The position numbers and the translations under genes are program-made. A stretch of DNA of 64,000 nt from the IMG/VR virus record IMGVR_UViG_3300029305_004468. The stretch is one strand, 5' to 3'. This DNA is from a virus. Taxonomy: Duplodnaviria; Heunggongvirae; Uroviricota; Caudoviricetes. Each line of letters starts with the position of its first letter. The first letter of the stretch is position 1. Under the pieces are notes generated by a model. The model ran no database searches. It had not been told where the DNA came from and saw nothing but the letters and a program-made list of their open reading frames with translations. Below, piece by piece: positions 18,104-27,600 of this stretch.

Positions 18104-19984
18104 TTATTTATTTTCCAATTCCATAACGCGCTTAGTCAGAGCAACCATCTGGTCTTGCATACGTTTCATCTTGAGTAGAGTAAGTTGATCTACAAACTCA
18201 TAATTGATAGCATATAATCCAGTGTTAACATCCTGATATACCAATCCATAAGAACTCCAATTCATATCGCGCTTCTTAAACAGCTCCATGACATCCTGAG
18301 CGATCAACCCAGTCTGTACTTTACCATCTCCATGTTTATACTTATAGAGCACTACAGAAAGTTCATCCCAAATATCTAAAAGCACATCTATATCTTCATC
18401 TTCTATAATTTCTTTCTTTCTGAGATCTGATGTATATGTAGTGACAGTACCATGTATAGTTTTTTCAAAATATGCTTCCCAACCAACTTCAAAAGACTCT
18501 TTACGTTCAGCAATCTTGCCTACCGCAACAGCAGATGGAGCAATATCCATTAAAATTTCGCGAGTTCCTATATCTACAGTTTTAGAAACGCTTTTTCCTA
18601 ATCTGTCAGTAACTGTTATCTTGAAGTCGTAAGAGGTGTCAAGATCATATGGTCCACTTATATAAGTAAGATTTTGCGCACTTGCTGAGACTTCTGTCCA
18701 TGTTTTAATAGTAGTGTAATTAGAACTGGAAGCTTCTGCTTTTTTTGCTATTTTTACAGTAGCGGTATTATAATCACTACTGTTAAATTCTCCGCAGGAA
18801 GAAATTGTTGGTACTATCGTAACTTTTACATATGTACCTTCGTCATTCGCTGTACCATTAGACAAACATCTAACAGCGGTACATTTCTTTATTTTTGGAG
18901 ATTTATAGCTAGACATATAAAAAGTTCGCACAGCTTCGTTAGACGTCATTCCACGCTTGTCTGTAGCCGTTATTCGGAGTATATTTTCTCCAGTTCTTAA
19001 TTTATCATTATCAGCCGAAATATTAAAACTATAAGGCTCTCCGTTTTTCCCTTTACTGATTTTCAATTTTTTTCCATTAAGGTATCCAGTATAGGTTTGA
19101 ATATATCCACTTTTACCCGCTACTAAAGTAGGATCTGCTGTTACTTTAACTCTTGTAAATCCTTTTATATATCTGTCAGTAGCCGTATTTGAAGATATCG
19201 GAATAGGTTCTACTACGACAGCGGAGCTTTTACTGAGTGAAGGCTTGTCCGTATTTCGTAAGCCAATCTTAAATTTTTTACTACTGCTGCCGATTTTCTT
19301 GGAACCTACGTATGTATTGACAACTATTGTGGCCGAAGTTGTTTTTCCGGTTAATTCAGGCAAGATTTTGCTAGGCGTTAATGTTATGGTATGTTTTGTC
19401 GTGCCGCTTTTCCCTACATCTTTACTTCTAGATAGGATAGTTTGCGAAAAATCGTCACCAATTTTTAACGCTATGCCATGAGTAACCTTAGAAGAACTTC
19501 TCTTCAAGTTAACTACAATATCATCCCCGACAGGTATTCCACTATTAGTCGATACTGAAGAATATGACAAGGTAAATGAAGACTCTCTGTCTATGTTATC
19601 GAGTTTGCAGGTATGTTCTCCAGTATCGACCCAACCAACCCAACTTCTAAGCCATGCTTTAACTTGAGTTCTCAGTCTGATTTTAATACTTTTTCTGCCG
19701 TCTGAGTTGTGGTTTACCCATTTAGATTCATCTATATAGGCCTTAGTCCAACCTTGGCCTCTCCAACCATTTCTACTTCCTGTATATTTTTTATCATCAA
19801 TCCAAAGTTCTATTTTTTGATCATAATCTACAGCTAAATACCAGGGTCTGTACATTTTTGCATATACACGAACTTTAGACCTGTTATTTTCAATATCTGG
19901 TTCGCTTTCCCACCAGACTTTTATATATTCATTTGATGTATTTTTTCGATTTCCTACCGTTTTTGTAAAACTACCACTAGCCAT
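18104..19984 (-). CDS. tail fibre / receptor-binding protein with a C-terminal intramolecular chaperone (peptidase S74-like) domain
   Basis: The C-terminus HGDGKVQTGLIAQDVMEL...LVYQDVNTGLYAINYEFV resembles the auto-cleaving chaperone of tail fibres and endosialidases. Last gene of the late operon. Confidence 0.5.
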   Translation of the reverse strand: MASGSFTKTVGNRKNTSNEYIKVWWESEPDIENNRSKVRVYAKMYRPWYLAVDYDQKIELWIDDKKYTGSRNGWRGQGWTKAYIDESKWVNHNSDGRKSIKIRLRTQVKAWLRSWVGWVDTGEHTCKLDNIDRESSFTLSYSSVSTNSGIPVGDDIVVNLKRSSSKVTHGIALKIGDDFSQTILSRSKDVGKSGTTKHTITLTPSKILPELTGKTTSATIVVNTYVGSKKIGSSSKKFKIGLRNTDKPSLSKSSAVVVEPIPISSNTATDRYIKGFTRVKVTADPTLVAGKSGYIQTYTGYLNGKKLKISKGKNGEPYSFNISADNDKLRTGENILRITATDKRGMTSNEAVRTFYMSSYKSPKIKKCTAVRCLSNGTANDEGTYVKVTIVPTISSCGEFNSSDYNTATVKIAKKAEASSSNYTTIKTWTEVSASAQNLTYISGPYDLDTSYDFKITVTDRLGKSVSKTVDIGTREILMDIAPSAVAVGKIAERKESFEVGWEAYFEKTIHGTVTTYTSDLRKKEIIEDEDIDVLLDIWDELSVVLYKYKHGDGKVQTGLIAQDVMELFKKRDMNWSSYGLVYQDVNTGLYAINYEFVDQLTLLKMKRMQDQMVALTKRVMELENK

Positions 19985-20002
19985 TAAGTATCACTCCCTT
20001 CA

Positions 20003-20467
20003 TTATTTTTTAGGACTGTAAGATAATTGCAAATGGTCATCGTCATCACAGCTCAACAAATAATTTGAAATCCTAACTCCTAAATCAGAAAGATCTACTC
20101 CTAATGTTGTGAGAATTCCTTTATTTATAGTAGAAGTGAAAGTTTCATCTCTAATTTCAAGTGGCTTACCGTCCTCACCGCCCAATATTAAGGCACCACT
20201 ATCTTCATCTTCTTTAATAAGCGTTTCATTTTCAGATTTATATTGTGCAATTTGTTCTTCGGTATAATTCTTAGAAGCGCCAAGGACAGCAACAATATCT
20301 TCAGCGCATTGCTTTAAAATACTGTCAATTATTTGCATGTTCGAAAAATCTTCTGCACTTTCACCAATGCCGGCAATTGCTTGACGAAATTCTTTAAAAG
20401 TCATAGAAGATTGTTCGTCTCCAAAAATGTTTAATCCATAATTGACCGTCTTATTTGTTTCTGCCAT
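20003..20467 (-). CDS. hypothetical acidic protein (154 aa)
   Basis: Intact ORF between the two fibre genes. Confidence 0.3.
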   Translation of the reverse strand: MAETNKTVNYGLNIFGDEQSSMTFKEFRQAIAGIGESAEDFSNMQIIDSILKQCAEDIVAVLGASKNYTEEQIAQYKSENETLIKEDEDSGALILGGEDGKPLEIRDETFTSTINKGILTTLGVDLSDLGVRISNYLLSCDDDDHLQLSYSPKK

Positions 20468-20515
20468 CTAAACTCCTTTCATAGAATAAATATAGGAGCA
20501 AAATATTATCTGCCC

Positions 20516-20827
20516 CTATATGCTGTAATATGTTTTATTTTGACCAATGTCTAATTCGCCTAATGCAAAAGAATCCATATCATCTAAAGACATTTCATCA
20601 GCCTCTACCACAAGTCTCTGTGATACCATATTGAGAGCTATAGACCCCCGTATGAAGGCCTGAGAGCTCGGCAGAGCGATTTTCATGAGGGTAGGGAAGT
20701 TGTTTACAGCTAAAGTCTCTTCACGCCCCTGAAAGCTTAAAATGACCGTAATTTCTTTCTTTGTAGAATAGGGCAAATTAATACTAGAATGATTTTCTTT
20801 ATATGAAATATTAATTTTCTTACCCAT
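20516..20827 (-). CDS. hypothetical protein (103 aa)
   Basis: Intact ORF tightly coupled to the gene at 20827-21246. Confidence 0.3.
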   Translation of the reverse strand: MGKKINISYKENHSSINLPYSTKKEITVILSFQGREETLAVNNFPTLMKIALPSSQAFIRGSIALNMVSQRLVVEADEMSLDDMDSFALGELDIGQNKTYYSI

Positions 20828-21246
20828 TACAAACCTCCGTTGCCGGCAGAAATTTGCAATGTGCCTGCAGGAATAGACAATACAGTTCTTATAGGAACAT
20901 TAATAACATCATTTAATTCGCCGTACATTAACAAATTGCCGCCATTTGCTGCGTCATATACGATATAATGAGTAATTCCGTCCCATGGAAGAACCGATTC
21001 AGGGAAGTATATATGAGTGTGGTTTGAAACTACACCAGAATCATCAGCTTCATCGAAGATAAGATTAGAATTGTCTATTTCTACGCGGGCATAACCCGTT
21101 GTAGAAAGAGGTTCTGTAACTCCTGTCCCGTCAACAGAGGGAGTGGTAGACGATAATCCTATAAATAAATCATATGGTATAGTGCTGGTTTCGTTATGTT
21201 TAAAAATATCTTCCGCTATACATTTTAAAAAATATGTCGTTAACAA
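20827..21246 (-). CDS. hypothetical protein (139 aa)
   Basis: Intact ORF in the tail fibre region. Confidence 0.3.
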   Translation of the reverse strand: MLTTYFLKCIAEDIFKHNETSTIPYDLFIGLSSTTPSVDGTGVTEPLSTTGYARVEIDNSNLIFDEADDSGVVSNHTHIYFPESVLPWDGITHYIVYDAANGGNLLMYGELNDVINVPIRTVLSIPAGTLQISAGNGGL

Positions 21247-21257
21247 ATTATCACCGC

Positions 21258-21629
21258 CTAAGATTGCCCAAATGCATCAGGATCTATATTCCTATCTATT
21301 GTCATAATTCCTTGAAAACTCTTTTGTTTATTGTTAGGTGCTTTAACAGTCACCTGATAAATAAATTTATCTGCAAAATTTTTAGTATCTTCTGACTGCA
21401 GTACTGCTATAAATGCAGTGTTGTCAGTAGGGGAAACTTCACAGGCACGAGAAATAAGGGGAGTTCCATACCTGTTTTGATAGTCGAGCAGTGAAAAGTG
21501 AACCTCAATATGCTCACTATCCATATAAGACGAAGAGTCTTCATCGAAAATGTGAAATAAAAGTTCCTGATAATCGCCACCAACTATATTTATGCTTTCA
21601 AGTTTAAATGGAGGATTGCATGAAATCAT
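21258..21629 (-). CDS. hypothetical protein (123 aa)
   Basis: Intact ORF in the tail fibre region. Confidence 0.3.
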   Translation of the reverse strand: MISCNPPFKLESINIVGGDYQELLFHIFDEDSSSYMDSEHIEVHFSLLDYQNRYGTPLISRACEVSPTDNTAFIAVLQSEDTKNFADKFIYQVTVKAPNNKQKSFQGIMTIDRNIDPDAFGQS

Positions 21630-21677
21630 ATAAAACTCCTTTCAAAAATAAAAGAACTCTTTTAAGAGTTCTGAGAT

Positions 21678-21863
21678 TTACTTTTCTACTTCTTCTTCGT
21701 CTATAATAATCATATCTATAATCTGACTAAGGGCTCTGCGACTATCTGCTAAATGCATAACACTATCGCCGCAAACTTCAATTGTGCTCAAAAGAGCATT
21801 TACATTCTTTAAACTTGCCTTAACTTGAGCATTTGTCAATTTCGTCAGTGTATTTTCATTCAT
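21678..21863 (-). CDS. small hypothetical protein (61 aa)
   Basis: Short ORF. Low confidence. Confidence 0.2.
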   Translation of the reverse strand: MNENTLTKLTNAQVKASLKNVNALLSTIEVCGDSVMHLADSRRALSQIIDMIIIDEEEVEK

Positions 21864-21910
21864 AATAATTCATTCTCCTTTTTTCGTAAAAAAGAGGCGA
21901 TTTCTCGCCT

Positions 21911-24601
21911 CTATGCTGTTTCTTCAAGTTTCGCAACTCTTTCAATTAACTGATTGATGGTTTCAGCCTGTTTTTCGATTGACTTGCTTTGATCTTCAAT
22001 AACTGTATCCTGTTCGTTTATTCTCGCTTCGAGTTTATTAAGTTTGGCATGTAGAATTGGGATGAACTCCTCATACACTAATCCATAAGTGTATACAGTT
22101 CCATCTTCTTGCATTTCCATGCTAAACCCTGCAAAATCTTCTTTTCCTAAGCCGACTTCTTGCATAGCCTTATAGACAGACTGTGCGATATATCCTGTAT
22201 GCCGTTTTCGACTATCTCCTGTTTCGTCGATACGATGATATGACGTTGGTGTAATCAAATCAATCATTTCTATATATTTGTCAAAATCAGTATCAAAATT
22301 TTCTTTTAATCGTAAGTCTGAAGATACATTTAAAGCATTCTTTGTGTAAATATTTCTAATACGGTATGACGAATGACCGAAGTTGACTTCATAAGAGGTA
22401 CTGTCTGGACGGAAAGCATATATATTATCATCAGCGACGGCAAGAATAAACTCTAAAATACCTCCATTTGTATTATTAAGGCGAGCATGAGTATGACTTG
22501 ATGCTGATACGCCCAGCTTACTTCTTGCTCCTTCTACTGTTGTTGAATCCGTACCACCTCTTTCTATTGGAACCGCATTCCAATAGCTAAAATTATTCGC
22601 AGATGTACTTCTAGCAATTATTGCACCGGCAGGAAAACCGCTTGTATCTCTACCAGTGCCGCCGTTAGCGATAGATAGAGCTCCTGCATCATCTCCTAAT
22701 CCCATTATTTTTCTTAATCCTTGTAAATTTGCATCAGTATGTGTGCTGGTTATAGTTCCAAGCTCAGAAGTGATCGATACTTCCCATCCTTTGCTCCATT
22801 TTTCATATTCGCAATTTGAATAGCCTACAAACAAATCATGCACCTGAATTTGAGGGTATCCCCATGTAGTATTGCTATTACCAATATATATAGCACATCT
22901 AGAACCGTCGTGACCAAAATAAACAGGGAGTAAACTTTTTACTAGACTTCGTGCTGTAGTTCTTGTCCACGCTGATGACGTAGAATAATTATACCCTGCG
23001 AGTTCATATTCGCGAGAGCTATTAGTGGCGTAATCAAATATAGAAACTTTAAAATGCATCATAGTATTCGTCCAGGACTGGGGGAGAGTTATTTTTATGT
23101 AGCCTGGAGAAGAAGACGACCGACTGACAAGTTGCCCGCCCTCTGGATAGAGAATAAAGTTGCCATTCCCTAAACCGCCACCAACAGCCTCAGAAAATTT
23201 AGCTGGCATATTGACGTTAAATCCAGGTTCAGTAGCAGTACTGCCTATAGTTATGCCACTGTCTCCGTAAAATGACATTAAGGTTTTCGCTGCAAGTACT
23301 GATGAAAGAATTCCATCGCCAACCGCTGGCTCGTTTGTTGTTATTTCGTCAGTTATAGTAGCTTCAAAATTATAAGATTCCTCAAGCGAAAAACTGCCAT
23401 CCTCAGATAGTGGATTTTTAATGTTTTTTACAATAGTTTTCGCAGAAGAAGCGTCCACGTCTATTGTCTCTATAAGTCTACGGGTATTGTTGCCAGAATC
23501 ATCAGTTACAAGAAGGTAAATATTGATAATTCCTTTGTTTGAAGGAAAATTTGACGAAAGACTTATACGATTGACATCATGAGTGATTTTACATTCTATT
23601 AGATTGTCATTAGTTCGTTTTGTGGAAAACACTCTAATCGAAGGAACGGTATATGAAACAACGGGATATGAGTTTATCGCAACAGCCGTCATGGAAGTAA
23701 ACCCTCTACTATCTTTAACATAATAGTTAAGCCCTTGCCTGCTTGACGATGCACTTAAATATCCAGTTATAACTTCATTATTGGAGGTTTTAGACGCAGA
23801 TGTTCCCGTCATTGAAAAATAATGACTTGCAATAGTTGCTCCATATTTTCCTTGAAACGTGCATGTTGTTCTTAATCTTGATTTACCAGCTATCAATACG
23901 CCAAATCTAGAAGCATAGTTTGTTCCGTATTCAGATAGTTTAGCTGAAAATCGACATGTTGGCTTAGTTCTATCATTCTGAGGCAATACTACATTGAAAC
24001 TCTTTTTAACGACGCTACCTATTTTTTCTCCGCCGTACACTGTCTGAACTGCAATACTTCCACTTCTTTTAGTGGAGGTAGGGTAGTTGTTAAATAATTC
24101 ATACTCAGGATAAAAATCATATTCAGTACCGACAACCTTTGTCGAACCTAAGGTATTTGTTACAGTATGGAGAAAAGAGCTATGTTTTCTCGTTATTTTT
24201 ACAGTACCCATCGTGCCAGCAGTAAAAGTAGCAGGACAGGAAACAGTTGAAGCTCTAGGAATTGTAGTAAGCGTCTTGCTGGCTGTAGCTGTAACAGTAC
24301 CACTACTTCCTCCGAAAGCGTATGATGCACTACACGATACAGTTTTTTTGCCTGTCGAAGAATTGTGAGAAACTGTCCTGGTCTTACTATATAAAACCGC
24401 ACTTCCGCTAGTCGTCTTGCCTGTATTTATTTTAGAAGAAAATTCATACTCTGTCCCATCTATTTTCAACCAGCCGGATTTTTTTATAGTAGAATAACTT
24501 TTATTTGTCCATTTGCCCACAACTTTGCAGGTAATACTAGAAGTATTATCAACTATATCCTGACTGTTTTGTGTGATTGATATGCTGATTTTTACAGCCA
24601 A
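21911..24601 (-). CDS. tail fibre / host-specificity protein with a C-terminal S74-type intramolecular chaperone domain
   Basis: 896 aa. The C-terminus HTGYIAQSVYKAMQEVGL...GLVYEEFIPIL has the same IMC signature as the gene at 18104-19984. Confidence 0.5.
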   Translation of the reverse strand: MAVKISISITQNSQDIVDNTSSITCKVVGKWTNKSYSTIKKSGWLKIDGTEYEFSSKINTGKTTSGSAVLYSKTRTVSHNSSTGKKTVSCSASYAFGGSSGTVTATASKTLTTIPRASTVSCPATFTAGTMGTVKITRKHSSFLHTVTNTLGSTKVVGTEYDFYPEYELFNNYPTSTKRSGSIAVQTVYGGEKIGSVVKKSFNVVLPQNDRTKPTCRFSAKLSEYGTNYASRFGVLIAGKSRLRTTCTFQGKYGATIASHYFSMTGTSASKTSNNEVITGYLSASSSRQGLNYYVKDSRGFTSMTAVAINSYPVVSYTVPSIRVFSTKRTNDNLIECKITHDVNRISLSSNFPSNKGIINIYLLVTDDSGNNTRRLIETIDVDASSAKTIVKNIKNPLSEDGSFSLEESYNFEATITDEITTNEPAVGDGILSSVLAAKTLMSFYGDSGITIGSTATEPGFNVNMPAKFSEAVGGGLGNGNFILYPEGGQLVSRSSSSPGYIKITLPQSWTNTMMHFKVSIFDYATNSSREYELAGYNYSTSSAWTRTTARSLVKSLLPVYFGHDGSRCAIYIGNSNTTWGYPQIQVHDLFVGYSNCEYEKWSKGWEVSITSELGTITSTHTDANLQGLRKIMGLGDDAGALSIANGGTGRDTSGFPAGAIIARSTSANNFSYWNAVPIERGGTDSTTVEGARSKLGVSASSHTHARLNNTNGGILEFILAVADDNIYAFRPDSTSYEVNFGHSSYRIRNIYTKNALNVSSDLRLKENFDTDFDKYIEMIDLITPTSYHRIDETGDSRKRHTGYIAQSVYKAMQEVGLGKEDFAGFSMEMQEDGTVYTYGLVYEEFIPILHAKLNKLEARINEQDTVIEDQSKSIEKQAETINQLIERVAKLEETA

Positions 24602-24620
24602 TTATTTATTCGCCTCCTTC

Positions 24621-27600
24621 TTATAGTGGTTCGTAATTGAAATTCATCACCTTAGAGCCACTGGATGATACCCTAAATGTATAATCTCCAATGCGCATGC
24701 TTGATGTCGTATTGATGTTATCTATTTTCATTTCAGAATTATATATTTCTGCCATAGTCTCACCTGCATGTTTTATCGCAAATGATGTATTGGTGATATT
24801 GACAGTATAGTCGCTTACTGTGCATTTTGGATTTGTCAAATCTTCATCCAAAATAGGATTTCCATCTTCGTCTAAAACTTGTTGATATTCATATTTATAT
24901 GTTCCATCGGTGCGTTCTTCATATTCGTATTCATAAACAGGATTTCCATCTTCGTCTAAAACAGGATTACCGTCTTCATCGAACATCTGTGTCTTCTTAT
25001 ACACAATGTCACCGTTCTCATCTAGGACAGGATTGCCATCCTCATCTGTTTCAGGAACTTTTTTGTAAACTACATTTCCGTTCTCATCTAAGACAGGATT
25101 ACCGTCCTCATCTGTTTCAGGAACTTTCTCATAGACAAGTTTAGGAATATACTGATATCTTTCTTTTGTGTTATAAAGAATGTTTCCTTCTTCGTCTCGT
25201 TCAAAGTCAATCCCATGAATAACTAATCCATCTAAAGAATTTATGTCTACGTGCTTAAAGAAACTACCATATTTGTCGGCAACTCCCGCAACTGTTGCAT
25301 CTGTCGCTGCGGATAAAGAAGCAGCTATTTCTTCTCTAGTAGGGAGTGCTGACAATTCTTCAAAAACTGCTTCGATATCAGTTTTAACACTCTCAGAAAG
25401 TTCAGAGAATGATTGAGTGTATTGTTCTACCGTTGAATTAATTCCAGCAACCATTGGGAAAATACCGCCCTTATAAACAGCTATTTCTTCATATTCATAA
25501 TCATACATAGGGTTGCCATCATCATCTAAAACAGGATTTCCGTTTTCATCTGTCTTAAGCACCTTCTTATAGACGATGTTGCCATCGGCATCTAATACAG
25601 GGTTACCGTCATCATCAAGTTCGGGAATTTTCTTATAAATGACATTACCCTCGTCGTCCAGTAGGGGATTACCATCATCGTCAGTTTCAGCTACTTTTTC
25701 AAAAGAAACTTCACCATTAACCATAGTGTCTATAGACTCTATTGAATCTTGTGCTTCTTTTCTAACTTTTTCTATTATTCCAACAGGAGCTGTTCCTATT
25801 TTTTCTCCAGTAATTTCGTCAAACTCGTCGCTAATTTCAGTACTTAACAAATAACCTAAAAGGGTTTCTGGACTACCGACAGTAAATCCTTCATTAACTT
25901 GAAGTTTGTCTACTTGGATATCTTCAGCTTTTAATGTCTTCGCATCTATTAAAGCTCCATGTATTATGTTTGCAGACAGTTCGTCTTTGTCTACGTTCTT
26001 CTCAACTTCTCCATTAATTACATCGAACAGAGAATCTACGGCAATCTTTTCTGCCGATAAATCAGCTGCAACCATTTCTGTGGTGATAGACCCATCTGGA
26101 ATCGCTGAACTCTTAATGCCGTCCTGATCCATAAGAGTAACGGTAGATTTGCCGTCTTTGTCTAATCCAAAAATAGCAAAATTAAAGTTGCCTTGAGCAT
26201 CTTGTCCGGCCTGCATACGAAGCTGTCTATCATCTCCAGATCCTTCAAACCATTGAACAGTATTTCCGACGATAACCAGACCACCGTCTTCATCTCTTAT
26301 TCCAATATTGGAGGTGTTAATTACACCACTGGTGATCATTTCTGCAGTTAAATCTTTAATTATTGCAGCTTCTATTCTGGCGCTGTCAATTGATGCAATG
26401 TCAAAATTTCCTTCATCTATTTCTGCCTTGTGAAGTTTTGTGTTTATAGCGGTTACTATATTCGCTGTCATTACATCAGCCGTAATGTCTCCACCGTAAA
26501 TTGTTTCGGCCGAAAGTGTTTTGGTCTGTATCGCATTTCCGTGAACACTACCTTTGATAATGTTGGCCCCATTGATAGTGCCGCCAAAATAAGCATTGCC
26601 GGTATTGGAATCAAAATAAAATGTTGTATTCTTTGGGATTCCGTTAGAGCCTACGATCAATTGACCGTCATTATCTACAAAAGAAGGAATAATCTTACCT
26701 GTTTCATCGTCTAATGAGAAAAGTTCAGAATTGCCTGCAATGATTCCATATTCAGGAGTGATTGCAAGCTTACCTTTTTCTCCTTGAACGACTATGCCTT
26801 CAGCCGTAAGTGAAGATACATTTATTTTATTTGCGTCTATTTGACCAGCTGATAGATTGATTGCCTCAACCAATTTAGCACTGAGCTTTTCTGTCTCTGT
26901 AAGTTCTTTATTGGCTTCATTTTCTTTTTCAATATAAGCCAGAACAGAGGCGAGGACATTTTTCTCCATTTGCGCAACGTTTATATTTCCAGTTAATTTG
27001 CTGCTTGCATCAAGAGTCTCGTCCGCAATAGCACTTCCATTGATAGTTTGTGCAATAATATTTTTTCCACTAATAGTTCCGCTGAAGTATGCATTGCCTG
27101 TATTTATGTCAAAGAAGAATTGTGTGTTAAGAGGGACATAATAACGACGAGAGCCATCATCTGTTACAAGAACTTCATTTTCATCCCATTTAATTTTATC
27201 TTCTTCAATATCCCAGAAAGATGGAACGACATCAGTATCTTTTATGGTAAACAAATCTGCATTACCTGCAGCAATACCGTAACGAGGGTCTATAAGTATT
27301 TTGCCGCCGCCTTTACCGGTATTTACATCACTTTCCTGAGTGAAGGCGAGGGAAGAGTTATGTAGCCAAGCACCTGTGCTGTCAACTCTAAATTGTTTAA
27401 CTGTTGCACCTACATCATTTTCAACAGTGTTTTCAATTACAAGATTTTCCCCTGCAATCAAAGTACCGAAAATAGACGGAGCGATAATACCATAGCCTTC
27501 GCCAGTATTAGGATCGGTATAGGCACCGATAGCTATATCGAGAGTTTTAAATCCATCTTTTGTGAAAACAATATTTTCATTTACAATTCCTATTTGTCTA

